A stretch of DNA of 62,779 nucleotides, the filler included, from Choristocarpus tenellus KU-1152 (lineage: Eukaryota > Protista > Phaeophyceae), in NCBI GenBank assembly GCA_964200185.2. It is 10 parts of 10 records of this genome, joined end to end, with 100 filler letters (N's around TTAATTAATTAA, not from the genome) between each part and the next. Parts side by side here need not be neighbours in the genome. Positions count along the whole stretch, not along the records: positions 48,296 to 57,092 come from CAXNAD020004322.1; positions 57,193 to 62,779 come from CAXNAD020010335.1; 8 more parts are not named here. One strand, written 5' to 3'. The notes below the pieces were generated by a model. The model saw only the letters and a program-made list of their open reading frames with translations. It was not told where the DNA came from and ran no database searches. Position 1 is the first letter of the stretch. Every line of letters begins with the position of its first letter. Made by a program: the position numbers and the translations under genes. Positions 52,061 to 62,779 of this stretch are shown here, one piece after another.

Positions 52061-52565
52061 GGAGCGTCGATGCCCTGGACTTCACACAGGCCTACTTCAA
52101 CGTAGACCTGGTGGGGGACGTCTGGCTGGACCTTTGTGACGGCAGTACCTTCAAGGGAGAGAAGGCAATACTTGGGCGGACCGTCAGCCATGGAATGGTA
52201 TCACGAGCTACGCGGAACCATCCTAGCAGAAGGGTGGTCGAGTAGCCAATAAGATGAGTGACTCTACTTCAGGAAGAGTGAAGACGGACGCGACGCCATC
52301 CTCGCCATATACGTGGACGAAACTGCCACCACTGAGGACTTCACGGAGGAGATCCTCAGTGAAGTACGTGGACCTAGGCACGCCGGACAAGCTGATTGGG
52401 CTGGGCATCACTGTGGGTGCCGACGGGATCACTCTGGACCAACAGCTATACGTGGAAAGCATTGTCATGTCCGGGATGGGTTCCACGGAAGTGGGAGAAA
52501 CATCCACACCACTGGACCCCGGCATGGACCTTTCCGCTAGGCACGACAACGAGGATGAACTGAAT
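52061..52565 (+). mobile_element. Second Copia RT fragment, same family
   Basis: VDALDFTQAYFNVDLVGDVWLDL ... DLGTPDKLIGLGITVGADGITLDQQLYVESIV; paralogous to 50440-50960. Confidence 0.85.
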
Positions 52566-52569
52566 CCTT

Positions 52570-52881
52570 TGCAATTTAACTTAGTAGGTAATGCTATTGA
52601 TCAGTAGTGAAGACAAGAAGGTGTGGAACCTCACACGGTTCCCCATTGCTGAAAGTGTTTACATGGTTGAAATTAGAAACATAACCTTTGTGAGGTGTCT
52701 TCACATAACTGGTTTATAATTATATGTGCTTTCTACCCAAGCCAACGGTTATTTCAAAGTAGTTGAAATCGGAATATGTAACCTACACGTAATCCTGTTC
52801 ATAATCCGGATACACTATTTCATTAGTTACATCTCTCATACATAAAATAAGGTAAACCTCACTATTGTCCTATTTTTCACA
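52570..52881 (+). repeat. Family D solo-LTR-like repeat
   Basis: Matches 55782-56097. Confidence 0.7.
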
Positions 52882-53375
52882 CTCCCACGTGAGAATGCAG
52901 GCTATGAAGGGTTGCTGGAACTCTTAAACCTAAAATATGTTATTCTGCGCACTTCCCCATGAGAGTGGAAGTAAGAGAAAAAAGATTGGTTCAACTCTCA
53001 CACACATCACATTTATCCTGTCTATGCAGTAAAAGAACACTCACTTACTGTTTGAACTCAAACATACATCATTCATCTAGTCAACACAGTGTCTACAAAG
53101 ACCTGTACCTGCTCTAGATATACCAACATAGTGATGTACAATCGTGTCCCATGATGATCGGTTGCTTTGTGTATGGTTAAAAATTTGAACCAGCCGCCTA
53201 TTGCTGTTTCTCTTGTTGGACGTAGCTCTAACTTCCCAAGGCTTGAAGCCTATCATAATTGAATTTTTTTGCACACCTCTCGTTGAGTGATGTCCTGTGC
53301 CACCAACCTGGTCTTGTTCAATGTCCCCTCAGCTGTTGACTTTGTCTTAAATTCAGACAGTCTTAACAGGATTTC

Positions 53376-53710
53376 TGTGCAAATAGGACAATAGTGAGGT
53401 GTACCTTATTTTGTGTATGAGATGTAATGAGATAGTACATCCAGATTATGAATGAGATTACGTACTGGTTATTTTTTTGCATTCAATGACTTACATAACC
53501 GTTGACTTAGGTAGGAAGCACAAATAAGAATAAAACAAGCAATAGAAGATACCCCACAAAGATCACCCTTCTAATTTCAACCATGTGATCACGTTCAGCA
53601 TTGGAGAACCGTGTGAGGCTTCACACCTTCTCATCGTTACTACTGATAAATGGCATTACCTCCCAAGGTTATGACAGAGGTTATGAGCCTTAGTAGTATG
53701 GAGAAGAAGA
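53376..53710 (-). repeat. Family D solo-LTR-like repeat
   Basis: Ends CTATTGTCCTATTTGCACA on the minus strand. Confidence 0.7.
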
Positions 53711-53724
53711 GCAGGTGATGGGCC

Positions 53725-54605
53725 TCAATGACACGAAGCATTTGCCAAACTGGACGGGAGCACCACCACACACACCCCAGAGTAACGGGATTGCTGAGCG
53801 GGCAATCGAACAGGCAATGCAAGCGGCACGAAGTCAGCTGATCCAGGCTGGACTGGGAGAGGAGTTCTGATTTTTCGTGGCGGCAGACGCCATGTACAAA
53901 GCCACAGATGGAAAGAGTGCCACTCGTACTTGGCTGACAAACCTCTTGCTGAGCGCCCCCACGGACTTGGGGCGGTACGCAAATTTCCACCACCACCAAC
54001 CAGGGACCAGAACAGCTGTGGGGGAGGCTGTGGCAAGGCTGATTGCCAGGGCTCATCGTGGGCGTTCCTGGCCATGAACGTGTCTGTAGGGGAAGACGTG
54101 TACAATATGATGGTCGAAGCGGCGCTCCTGACCTCATCTCAAGATCTGTCCAAGACCATTAGCCTACTGCGCGACTCGGGTGGAAACGTGTACCTTACCC
54201 CAGACTGCAGGACCTCACTGCAGCTTAACAGAAGATCCACAGAGGACTAAATCCCCGTGCAGCTCTACGAAGGATGCGTGGAGGACAAAATTCCCATGCA
54301 GCTCAACAAAGGACACACGGAGGACTAGATCCCCGTGCAGCTAATCACAAGACCCGATATAAGCTGCAGGAAGCCGAAACGGACAATAGTCTCATCATCG
54401 TCATACCAACAAAGTGGACCTGCATCTTCGACAAAAATGGGAAGCTGGAGGCTAAGGAGACATGGGATATGGTACGATCAATAACAAACAAGAACTGGAG
54501 GTCAAGGGGGATACTTTGGGTACCTGGTATGCCATGCCGAATATTGAGCACTGGGACCCTGAGACAAGATGGAGATAATCGAGGCAATGCAGCCGGAGCT
54601 GCAAC

Positions 54606-54661
<56 letters not shown>

Positions 54662-55450
54662 ACAAGAATCTGGCTATGGGCCTGGAACGGTCGTCACAAC
54701 ACTTGTCCCTGAGGGAGCATGCCCATCGATTGGAGACCCCAAGATTCTTGCTTACGGAATGACAAAAGCAATTGCTGTACCTGCCACTAGGGGAGCAGGA
54801 CATTAGCAGGAGCAGTAACTAAGCCTCCACCAGAAGGGAAAGGAGGTACTGACCGCGGGGAGTCTGTGTAGCCGCTGGGACCATAATTCATGGAAGAGAA
54901 AACAGAAGGTCAGCGAAGGAGACGGCCAAGGTACAACTGGTCAACGTACGGACCATATTACAACAGGATCCCCTAGCAGAGACGAGATCAGGAGCAACAG
55001 AAGTTATTTAAACTTTGGACTGATCAAGCATATTGGTCCTTGTTCTTTTGAAGGAGTATGCTACAACTGTGGAGGCAAGGGACAACATCAGATCGCTTTG
55101 TCGCCAGAGGAGAGCGACACCGTCTAAGAAGGCGGAGAAATTAGCTGGACCAGGGTTGGGGCCAGAAAAGAAAAAAGAGGAAGGTTATGAGCAAAGGGCT
55201 GCAACATGTTCTTGGATATCTAGTGGGCACCATGAAAGTAGGGATACACTATCCGGCTGGTGGTGAAATGGACAATGGGGGCCTGGTCGGTTATGGAGAA
55301 TCATACTGGGGCAATGACACTGTTTCAAGGTGAAGTGTGACGGGATACCTGATCCTATTGAATGAGGCACCAATTGCATGGAAATCCAAGATGCAAGGAG
55401 CTGTAACCACGTCTTCATCAGAAGTGAAATCGACAGCTATGGCACGTAAT
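53725..55450 (+). mobile_element. Rearranged Copia debris: integrase piece, gag piece, CCHC zinc knuckle and RNase H piece
   Basis: APPHTPQSNGIAERAIEQ (about 53760); AMNVSVGEDVYNMMVEAALL (about 54070); FEGVCYNCGGKG/IRSLC with a frameshift (about 55050); SVTGYLILLNEAPIAWKSKMQGAVTTSSSE (about 55335). Confidence 0.75.
54606..54659 (+). repeat. (CCTGAG)9 hexamer microsatellite
   Basis: Perfect array preceded by AAC. Confidence 0.95.
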
Positions 55451-55727
55451 GAGCTGCACGGGGATCTAGTCCTCTGTGCGTCCTCCGTTGATCTGCACGG
55501 GGATCTTGTCTTCCACGCATCGTTCAATGATTCCTCTTTCGTAGTTCCAGTGCGATATTCGTTCCTGTTTCGATAATGTCTCCCTGAGTTCAGGACGACG
55601 TATTTTCGCTGCACAATGTCTTACATACCCTTTCGCTTGCATAAACCACCAGAGATGATCTCCATGTTATCCATGTCTCCACTGGTCGTTCTGGTGCTCC
55701 CGTCCAGTTGGGCAACTTCTTGATTTC

Positions 55728-56097
55728 ATTGAGGCCCATCAGCTGCTGCTCCTTTTCTCCATACTACTAAGGCTCATTACCTGTGCAATTTACCTTGGGA
55801 GGTAATGCTATTTATCAGTAGTAAAGACAAGAAGATGTGGAGCCTCACGCGATTCCCCTTCGCTGAACGTGATTACATGGTTGAAATTAGAAGAGTGACC
55901 TTTGTGGGGTTTCTTCTGCTCATTGCTTCTTAGTATTATTTTGTGCTTCCTACCTAAGTCAACAGTTATGTCAAAGTAGTTGAATGCGGAAAAAATAACC
56001 TACACGTAATTCCATTCATAATCTGATGTACTATCTCATTAGTTACATCTCTCACACACAAAATATGGTATACCTTTATATTATCCTATTTTGCACT
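55728..56097 (+). repeat. Family D solo-LTR-like repeat
   Basis: TGTGCAATTT (55782) ... CCTATTTTGCAC; inverted relative to 53376-53710. Confidence 0.7.
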
Positions 56098-56099
56098 AC

Positions 56100-56500
56100 A
56101 CCCGAGTCGCACAGTGGGCTGATGGTCTTGCACCGATCTTGACATAAAAACAGGAGCGCCGCCTCGACCATCCTGTTGTATACGTCCTCCCCAACCGACA
56201 CGTTCATGGCCAGAAACGCTCGTGTAGCCCTAACGATGAGCCTTGCCGCCGCCTCCTTCACCGCTGTTCCGGTCCCTGGCTGGTGGTGGTGCAAACTTGC
56301 GTGCCGTCCCAAGCCCGTGGGGGCATTAGTCGAAGATTTACTGGCCAGGTAGAATTGGCACTCCTTTCACCTGTTGTTGAATTTGAGACAGAAAGCACAT
56401 TGGTTCGTACCGATGCCGCTCGTGGACCCCTGTCTCCCTGTCGGTGTCCTTGCACCTATGTGGAGAGCCATAGCCCCCGAACTTCTAGTAGTTTCGCCCG
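56100..56500 (-). mobile_element. Copia gag fragment
   Basis: HHHQPGTGTAVKEAAARLIVRATRAFLAMNVSVGEDVYNRMVEAALL; paralog of the 48296 and 53990 pieces. Confidence 0.75.
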
Positions 56501-56769
56501 GTACCTCCGTCATCATATGTACGAAGAGGACGAGATGATGTTTTTAAGATGGTTGTAGGTGAGGTCTGGAGGTGTGAACAGCTGTGAAACACCTGTGACA
56601 TGCTGTCCCTGATGCCAATGATCAGAGCCTCCTGTGCAAAATGAGCTGTTCGAATAGATTTGTTTTGCTTCATGTGTGGTACAGATAAATTAATTAGGAG
56701 AGTGAAGACCATCCCTCCGTCGAGGTGAGGTGTTGTTCTGCCTCGTGGTCTATTGCGCGCGTCAGCAGA

Positions 56770-57092
56770 AATGTCAAAAAATATCTGTGTCAATCGCACT
56801 ACGTCACTGGTTCTGCGTCACTCAAACTATATCAGTCGTTCTGCGTCAGTCACAGCTGTGTCACTCCTCCTGCATCAGCCACTTAAATTAAACAAAGCGA
56901 AACCAACCCATCGAGATCCGAATCTACTACTCTGGGCGTACAGAGACGAGTGATTGATAATTAAGCCAAACAGCTAACATTTTTGTTACATGCTACTGGG
57001 TACCAAACACGTAAGAAATCTAAAGACTACCAGCCTATATTGCACACTCCCCATGAGCGTGCAGCAATGTTGCTCACAAAAGCTCACCCCCG
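56770..57092 (-). mobile_element. Copia 3' UTR, PPT and LTR (minus strand)
   Basis: Reverse complement of 51661 to about 51950; LTR starts at 57046. Confidence 0.8.
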
Positions 57093-57666
57093 NNNNNNNN
57101 NNNNNNNNNNNNNNNNNNNNNNNNNNNNNNNNNNNNTTAATTAATTAANNNNNNNNNNNNNNNNNNNNNNNNNNNNNNNNNNNNNNNNNNNNACCACAGA
57201 CTCATGTATTGCCCTAAGAAGGGACAAGGAAACCAGGGGGGGGGGAGACAAAGGGCTATGTAAGTAGACAGTATGATCACAAGTGCAGGACACTAAACTA
57301 GCCCTGCTTCTATATGCATTTCATGCCATCCCTTCGAATTGCTCACACATCAAAAGACCAATGGGTGTTATCAAAGCACGTGGAGGCTCACATAGATACC
57401 TGTGTAGATGTTGGACTTTCTGTACCAGGACTTGCATGCACTAACCCTAACCCTATTCCACAGCACACCAAATAACAAGACAAAAGTAATCGGTGTAAGC
57501 AGTTTCTCAGACCAACTTTGTAACTCTACCACGTAACAGTGCAGAGAAGCTGAGGGTCAGAGACCTATATACCGAGACTCCGTCCACTATACAGATATGA
57601 ACAAGCGGGATTATTAAGAGGCATTGTCTTTATGTTACAACAGCCCTTTGCTGACTCTGCACTGAC

Positions 57667-60120
57667 CCCTTTAGCTCGCTCTCCTCCGGCTTGTCTAACA
57701 TGTCTGCCACCTTAGCAAGCATGGAATGTTTAGTCTCCCGTTTAAATTGCTCCAACGGCATCCAGCAGGCATCCTCGATCTCATGGGAGCACTTGGAAAT
57801 ATCAAGGTTTCCCCCACCAGTAGGCAGTAGGCGGCAGATGAAGTACAGGTCACCATTCCCAAACTGCATGTCGTGCTGGTGCCGCACTGATAGAATTGAC
57901 TGGAACTCAGATGCTACACCAGTTTCCTCTGCAACTTCCCTGTGACAGCGAACCAGGGCGCAGAGGGGAGAGTAAGAGAGGAAAGGTGCTCGACAAGGAG
58001 AGGATGAAATATTCAAAAAAAGACAGTTGGGCTTCATGTTCTGGTGTAGGACTGGGTTGTTGAATATATAGGATTGTGAACAACAATGTTTCAATCCAAC
58101 CGAATTGATCAAAGGGATAATGGCTTGAGATTTGTAATTGAAACCTTCCAATTAGTCCACTATTTCCTCGAGCGTGTGTGCATCCTGACCAATTTGCTTT
58201 AAATTTACTCATGGTGTTTCCTCACAGACATTTTGCAGTGCTCAGTGGTCCGCATGCATCGCTCCACCTTGCAGGTGGAATGTTTGCTCTACTTTTATCA
58301 AGTACATGAAAAAGTTTCAAGGAGATCTACTTCACACTCTCCAAACTATTTCAATTGTGACACCACAAATAGCATATGCAGCAGTAGTAGCACTCAAACA
58401 TATACCAACAGCTAAGACTATATCTCTGTCAAGACAGTGATGTCAACCAAAACCACCTTGAAACCTAACAATCCTATTCAGTGGCTGCTCAGGTGATTCG
58501 GTCAGACCTGACAGCAGCATCACCAATCCCCTCCCCAAGATCAGCAAGGCCCCCAGGGAACTTCCACATAGCATTTTTGTGCTTATCCTTGACCAAGAGG
58601 ACTTCCCGTTCTACATTCACCACGCAACCTGTGGTCTCCACCCCACCCCAATGAAAAACAACAAATGAAGTCTTCTGTCAGTTGCTGAGGTCCAGGATTA
58701 GAGGTTTGATCATGAGGGATATCAATAGGCAACTTTGCACGACCGTACATCAGCCAAGTGAATGAAAAGACCACTACACTATGCAGTGGCACAGAAGCAT
58801 GTTATGCAAATAGAGCACTTCATGATATACCACATGACACCACAAAAGAGATGGTAGAATGGAGTGCACAACGACACCATCGTTATAGGTCAACAGCAAT
58901 TCACTGCACAAATGGGAGGTGGAGGTCTGGTTATTGCAACCGTGCGTACCTGCCACCCCAAGATGGTGCGTGCCAAAGGGGGGCACTTTGTTCGGCACAT
59001 CTTCGAGTAACCAGAGGCACATCATCAAATGGTCTGGCTTCGTGTGATGAAACTTGAAGCCGTAATGCCCCGCGATCGGGACGTAATGACAAAAATCCAT
59101 CGGAATTTTGAGCCACAATGCTGCAACAACACCAAACAAATACCAATGGGCGGAGCAGTTTAGGGGGTGAGCAAAAGAGCACCACACTTCGCAGTCAAAA
59201 ACATTTTTGTTTCTTCTCATGGAAACCAGGAATCAAATCTTAATGGCATCGTGGCATTCCCTCGTTGCAGAGGTAGAGGGTGCTAATCTAGAGGGATCGC
59301 GGAGTCGTGCAGCACTTACTGGTGCTTGCAACATCAAAGCTTAGATGTTGACACCCACTGACACTTGACTGAATCTAGTATCAGATCGTACAATTAGATT
59401 ATTCAGTCTATGGTAACAACGAAAAGATCAGTGCTTGTCTTTAGAATCGTTGGCGGAACTTTGCGGAGTCCTCCCCATATCACGAAGCCTTTGAGATGTT
59501 GTCTTTAGCGGCTCGCTGCTGGGTTGGATCTTCAGCGTGAACAAACGAAAACTTAGAAAGATGGGTAGAGTCGCCCAAAACTACAAACAGAGCTCTAGTG
59601 TGACGCATAATCTCAATTTACGTACCTGCTTTGTGTACTTTCCGAACCTGGTTGATGGTGGAGTACAGCTTCAGCGCGAAGTGAGCCGTGTCCTCGATCC
59701 ACATGGTTCCTACATTGACAATCGCATTGTTGAAGCTGCACATCCCACGAGGTGCAAATATGCGTGGTTCGCGTCAAGAAAGCGAAGCGATGAGCGGCAT
59801 GTTGAGGCTGAGCACACCCCATCGTGTTTGACCTAGAAAGCTCAGGCACGAATCGCCTTTGGGAAACTCCTACCCAGTTTCCAGCTACGCTATAAGCTTC
59901 TTATACAATTTCTACCCTGCCTGGTATCCTCCCAGGGAAGAGGTTCAGGAAGGCCGGCCTCAGGTGTTGTTGTCGTGCTACACCATCGCTTCAATCCAGC
60001 ATGACCATCTCCGCTCAACGTTTCTGGAGTATACGGTACCAACCTAGACCAGGAAGCTACTTTTCTGGTCCCACCTGATATCGCAAAAGCTCTTATCGGT
60101 AGAGAGAGGCGAGACAACAT
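57667..60120 (-). CDS. Nudix hydrolase, NUDT6/AtNUDX8-like (ADP-ribose/NADH pyrophosphatase group), with a putative mitochondrial presequence; last exon not resolved
   Basis: Exons 60120-59921, 59735-59626, 59120-58950, 58628-58508 and 57939-57667 splice in phase. Pre-Nudix domain ALWLKIP...GFKFHH...VPPFGTHHLGVAG; Nudix box [27 protein letters not shown]; then RHQH...FGNGDLYFICRL...EIEDACWMPLEQF. Confidence 0.92.
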
Positions 60121-60289
60121 GTCCCTATTGAGCGAGCATGAAAAAAGGTCTGACTCAAAGACTAAACTTCACAACTTGTTAGACGACATCGCTTTGTACT
60201 TTATATGTGTACCTCTACACCCTAACCCTAACTCCCCGTCACTCCAAACACTTTTTTGGTTGGACTCCCAACCCATTTGATTGGCTTCA
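60121..60289. promoter_or_regulatory. Putative bidirectional promoter (169 bp between divergent ATGs) containing CCCTAACCCTAAC
   Basis: Inferred from gene positions; telomere-like motif at 60220-60232. Confidence 0.5.
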
Positions 60290-62473
60290 ATGACTATGGA
60301 CCCCGACAAGCTGCGCATCATCCGCACCAAGGTATTTCCCGTCGCTTGTGTCGGCTACGGAGACCCTGTTAGTGTGGGGCCGGCGCACTGGGGCCTTCAC
60401 CCCGCACACCTCCCCATGTTGACAGATGGGATCCAACCTAATCGTTGGAAGGTCACACTGACCTTGCGGAGGTAGATTCTGATGCACCCTACCTCCTGAT
60501 ATCTTCCTCGTTTTTCATGACTGCAACTCGTGTGTGCCTTGCAATGTCTTGCGCTGGTGTATTTTCTTCAAAGAAGTGATGGAAATATTCCCAACTTCCT
60601 ATCCATCTTTCCCAACTTGGCACTGTTCCACTGTCCAAACATGACAGCCAAAGATTGACTCGCATCCTGATGCCATTCGCGAGTTCGTGGGGGATTACGA
60701 ATGCTTTGCCAACACTTATCGCTGCTCTGTGTCTTTATGTGGCGATACAGAGACCTACCCAAGTGTCGAAGTGAGTGACCGTGTTTGGGGTAGAGGAGCA
60801 AGAGTAGGGGCAAACCTGTCAGGATTCATCTAATAGAGAGGACAAGCACTATTCTTCCATTCGCTGTTCGACCTCTCTCTCACTCGTACTCGAGCCCCAC
60901 AAGTTCCTGGAAGCGGACATTGGTGGACAAATTTCCTCCCTCAACTGCATGCCCTCGTTGATTGTCAACACCCTGTTTAGCATGCGTTCCAGGCTTCCAA
61001 AACAAATGACCAAGGGATCAGAGCTTCTATTCGGGTGGCTAAGAATGGCATTGAGGCGAAGAAAGCTGCCCGGGTTGTCAAGGTATGACAAAGTTTCTAA
61101 AATAGAAAGTTGGAAAGAAAGATGAAATTCATTTGCAAAGTCTTGCTATGATTCGACATCTGTTGACTTGGTCAAAACCTTTTCCTCCTGTGAACCCTTT
61201 CGTGGATGTACTGGTGTTGCTGCTGAAGGCTCTATCTACATATTGTGCTTTGTGCTTTGTGGAGAGAGATTAACAAGTTGTAGTTGATTAAGGTGGACCT
61301 CCCATCAGCAATCTTGAGAGAAAACAAACCAAGAGCTAGATCGGAAGTTATCACATTAGGAACTGTGACATGATATAGCTTCTTGCCGGAAGCTGGGGGA
61401 TCCTGTTTCGATGAGGCATGAAAAAAGACTCTGTAACACTACTATAATACTCTTTGTCACTGCGGAGCTTGTTATGCGAAGCTTTGGGCTATGTGTAAGG
61501 ACATTTATCCTTCATACCGTTTTATTAAAAGCCCTCTATTATACTATATGCCAGTATCCATAGCTCTACAGTGATCCTGACACCCACAAGGCCAGAGAGG
61601 TAAAATTTCTAGAATGTGGAAATCAATTTTAGACTTGTTTTCTTTGTTTTTGACAAACCTGTCCTCAGTTTTGCCAAAGGGTGTTCCCAGATCGATATGA
61701 AATCGGTCAGGTGGTCGATGCAATCACAGAGGAGAAATATTATTTTGAGTAAAGCTTCTGTCCCACCAAACCAGTCGCAGTCACCGTCACTTTTGTTGCC
61801 GTGTATTTGCACGACACGACGAATACACACACACGGGCGTGTAACAGACAACAGAGGAGTGGAAGTCTTCTGCTGAGAAGACCATGGAGGGGCTTGTAAG
61901 GGATAAGTTTAGACGAAACGCCAAGGCAAGAGAGGTGCTACTGTCCACGGGCAGGGTCAAGTTGGTCTTCAGCAACCAGCACTCAGACAGGGTGTGGGGT
62001 GTGTGCGATGGTGAGCTAAGTGATAGGAGTAGTAGTAGTACTGGGAGCACCTTTCTGCCCCTCTCCGAGACTCTGTGCACCCATCTTCCCACGATCCAAT
62101 CATTTTCTCACTCCATGCCTGCTTTGCTCTTTGTGAGGCCCCTCCCTAATCCCCAATCCCCGACTTCAACTATAGATCCTTGCTTCTGACGCCCCTGTTC
62201 ATCTCCCCCCTCCCTCTCTAAACTACTAATGTCTGTGTTATACACCTTTTTTTTCACAACCATGAACCAATCAAGGCAAGGGGCAGAACAAGCTTGGAAA
62301 GCTCCTGGAGCTCGTGCGTGCGGAGGCGCACGCAGGGAAGGACACGGACGCATGGTGTAAGAGCCGGTTTGAGTTGGCCCCCTCCGAGGACGTGGCTGTG
62401 TCGATCACAGTCACCAAGGGCGGGGAGGTGGTGGCAGAGACTTGTGTGAAAGGAAAGGCTGTTATGAAGATGG
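60290..62473 (+). CDS. NADAR (YbiA/RibX-like) domain protein with a C-terminal extension; 3' end unresolved
   Basis: Exons 60290-60331 (donor choice uncertain), 60648-60770, 60981-61082, 61848-62010 and 62276-62473 splice in phase: AIREFVGDYECFANTY...TYPSVEHAFQASK...EAKKAAR...EEWK...MEGLVRDKF...REVLLSTG...DRVWGVCDGKGQNKLGKLLELVR, the hallmark NADAR motifs. Confidence 0.9.
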
Positions 62474-62779
62474 GTAAGGAAGAGGATTCGTGTAGTGATG
62501 TGGAGGAGTATCATCATAGGAAGGGAGGAGGGTAACTAACATGAGGGTGAGGGCTAGGCTTAGGGTTAGTTGGGCTTACTCTTTTAGGTTGAATGAATCG
62601 GACACCAATCCACTACCCTCGAAATGTGCTTCCAATAAATGCAATACCACACGTTTAAGCCGTACATTGATTGATATGGGACGGCGAGAACAAGAGGAAT
62701 GATGCGAACTGACAAGTTGTTTTTTTTTTCTTCCAAGAGTTGTTGCGAGTTGTCCCTCGCAAGCAGCAACCTCAGTCAG

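Noticed and set aside
54274-54803. ORFs with LSLSLS / RLRLRL tracts
   Set aside because: Produced by the (CCTGAG)9 array within retroelement debris
56995-57092. About 98 nt perfectly identical to 51661-51759, suggesting very recent transposition
   Set aside because: Perfect identity lies exactly at a contig end and drops abruptly; may reflect repeat collapse in assembly
4074-57192. TTAATTAATTAA motif repeated nine times between N-runs
   Set aside because: Artificial six-frame-stop contig linker; also invalidates any gene-neighbourhood inference across linkers

Overview
This is eukaryotic, intron-rich, transposon-rich DNA. TTAGGG-type telomeric motifs, short GT-AG exons, a stramenopile-style helicase-associated repeat protein and the LINE/Copia types suggest a stramenopile, probably a brown alga (inference). 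The window is not contiguous: nine identical 100-nt linkers (N44-TTAATTAATTAA-N44) join ten contigs, so nothing should be inferred across them. Host genes reconstructed by hand from exons are: a helicase-associated (HA) repeat protein (18672-20844, partial), a probable clathrin light chain (31044-31813, partial), tRNA-Thr(AGT) (34056-34127), and a NUDT6-like Nudix hydrolase (minus strand) and a NADAR protein (plus strand) arranged head-to-head with only 169 bp between their start codons. Mobile DNA includes a decayed two-gene PIF/Harbinger element and its TIRs, a decayed Ty1/Copia element with LTR plus nested Copia debris and solo-LTR-like repeats, RTE-like and CRE-like LINE 3' fragments, and two related MITE families (about 259 bp and about 180 bp; 17 copies or ends). 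The most notable observations are: (1) the divergent Nudix/NADAR pair, two ADP-ribose-processing families, with a possible FHA-like extension on the NADAR; (2) short telomeric arrays at intron 3' ends and in both TIRs of one MITE; (3) a 350-nt hairpin with a 23-bp perfect core beside the Harbinger second gene.
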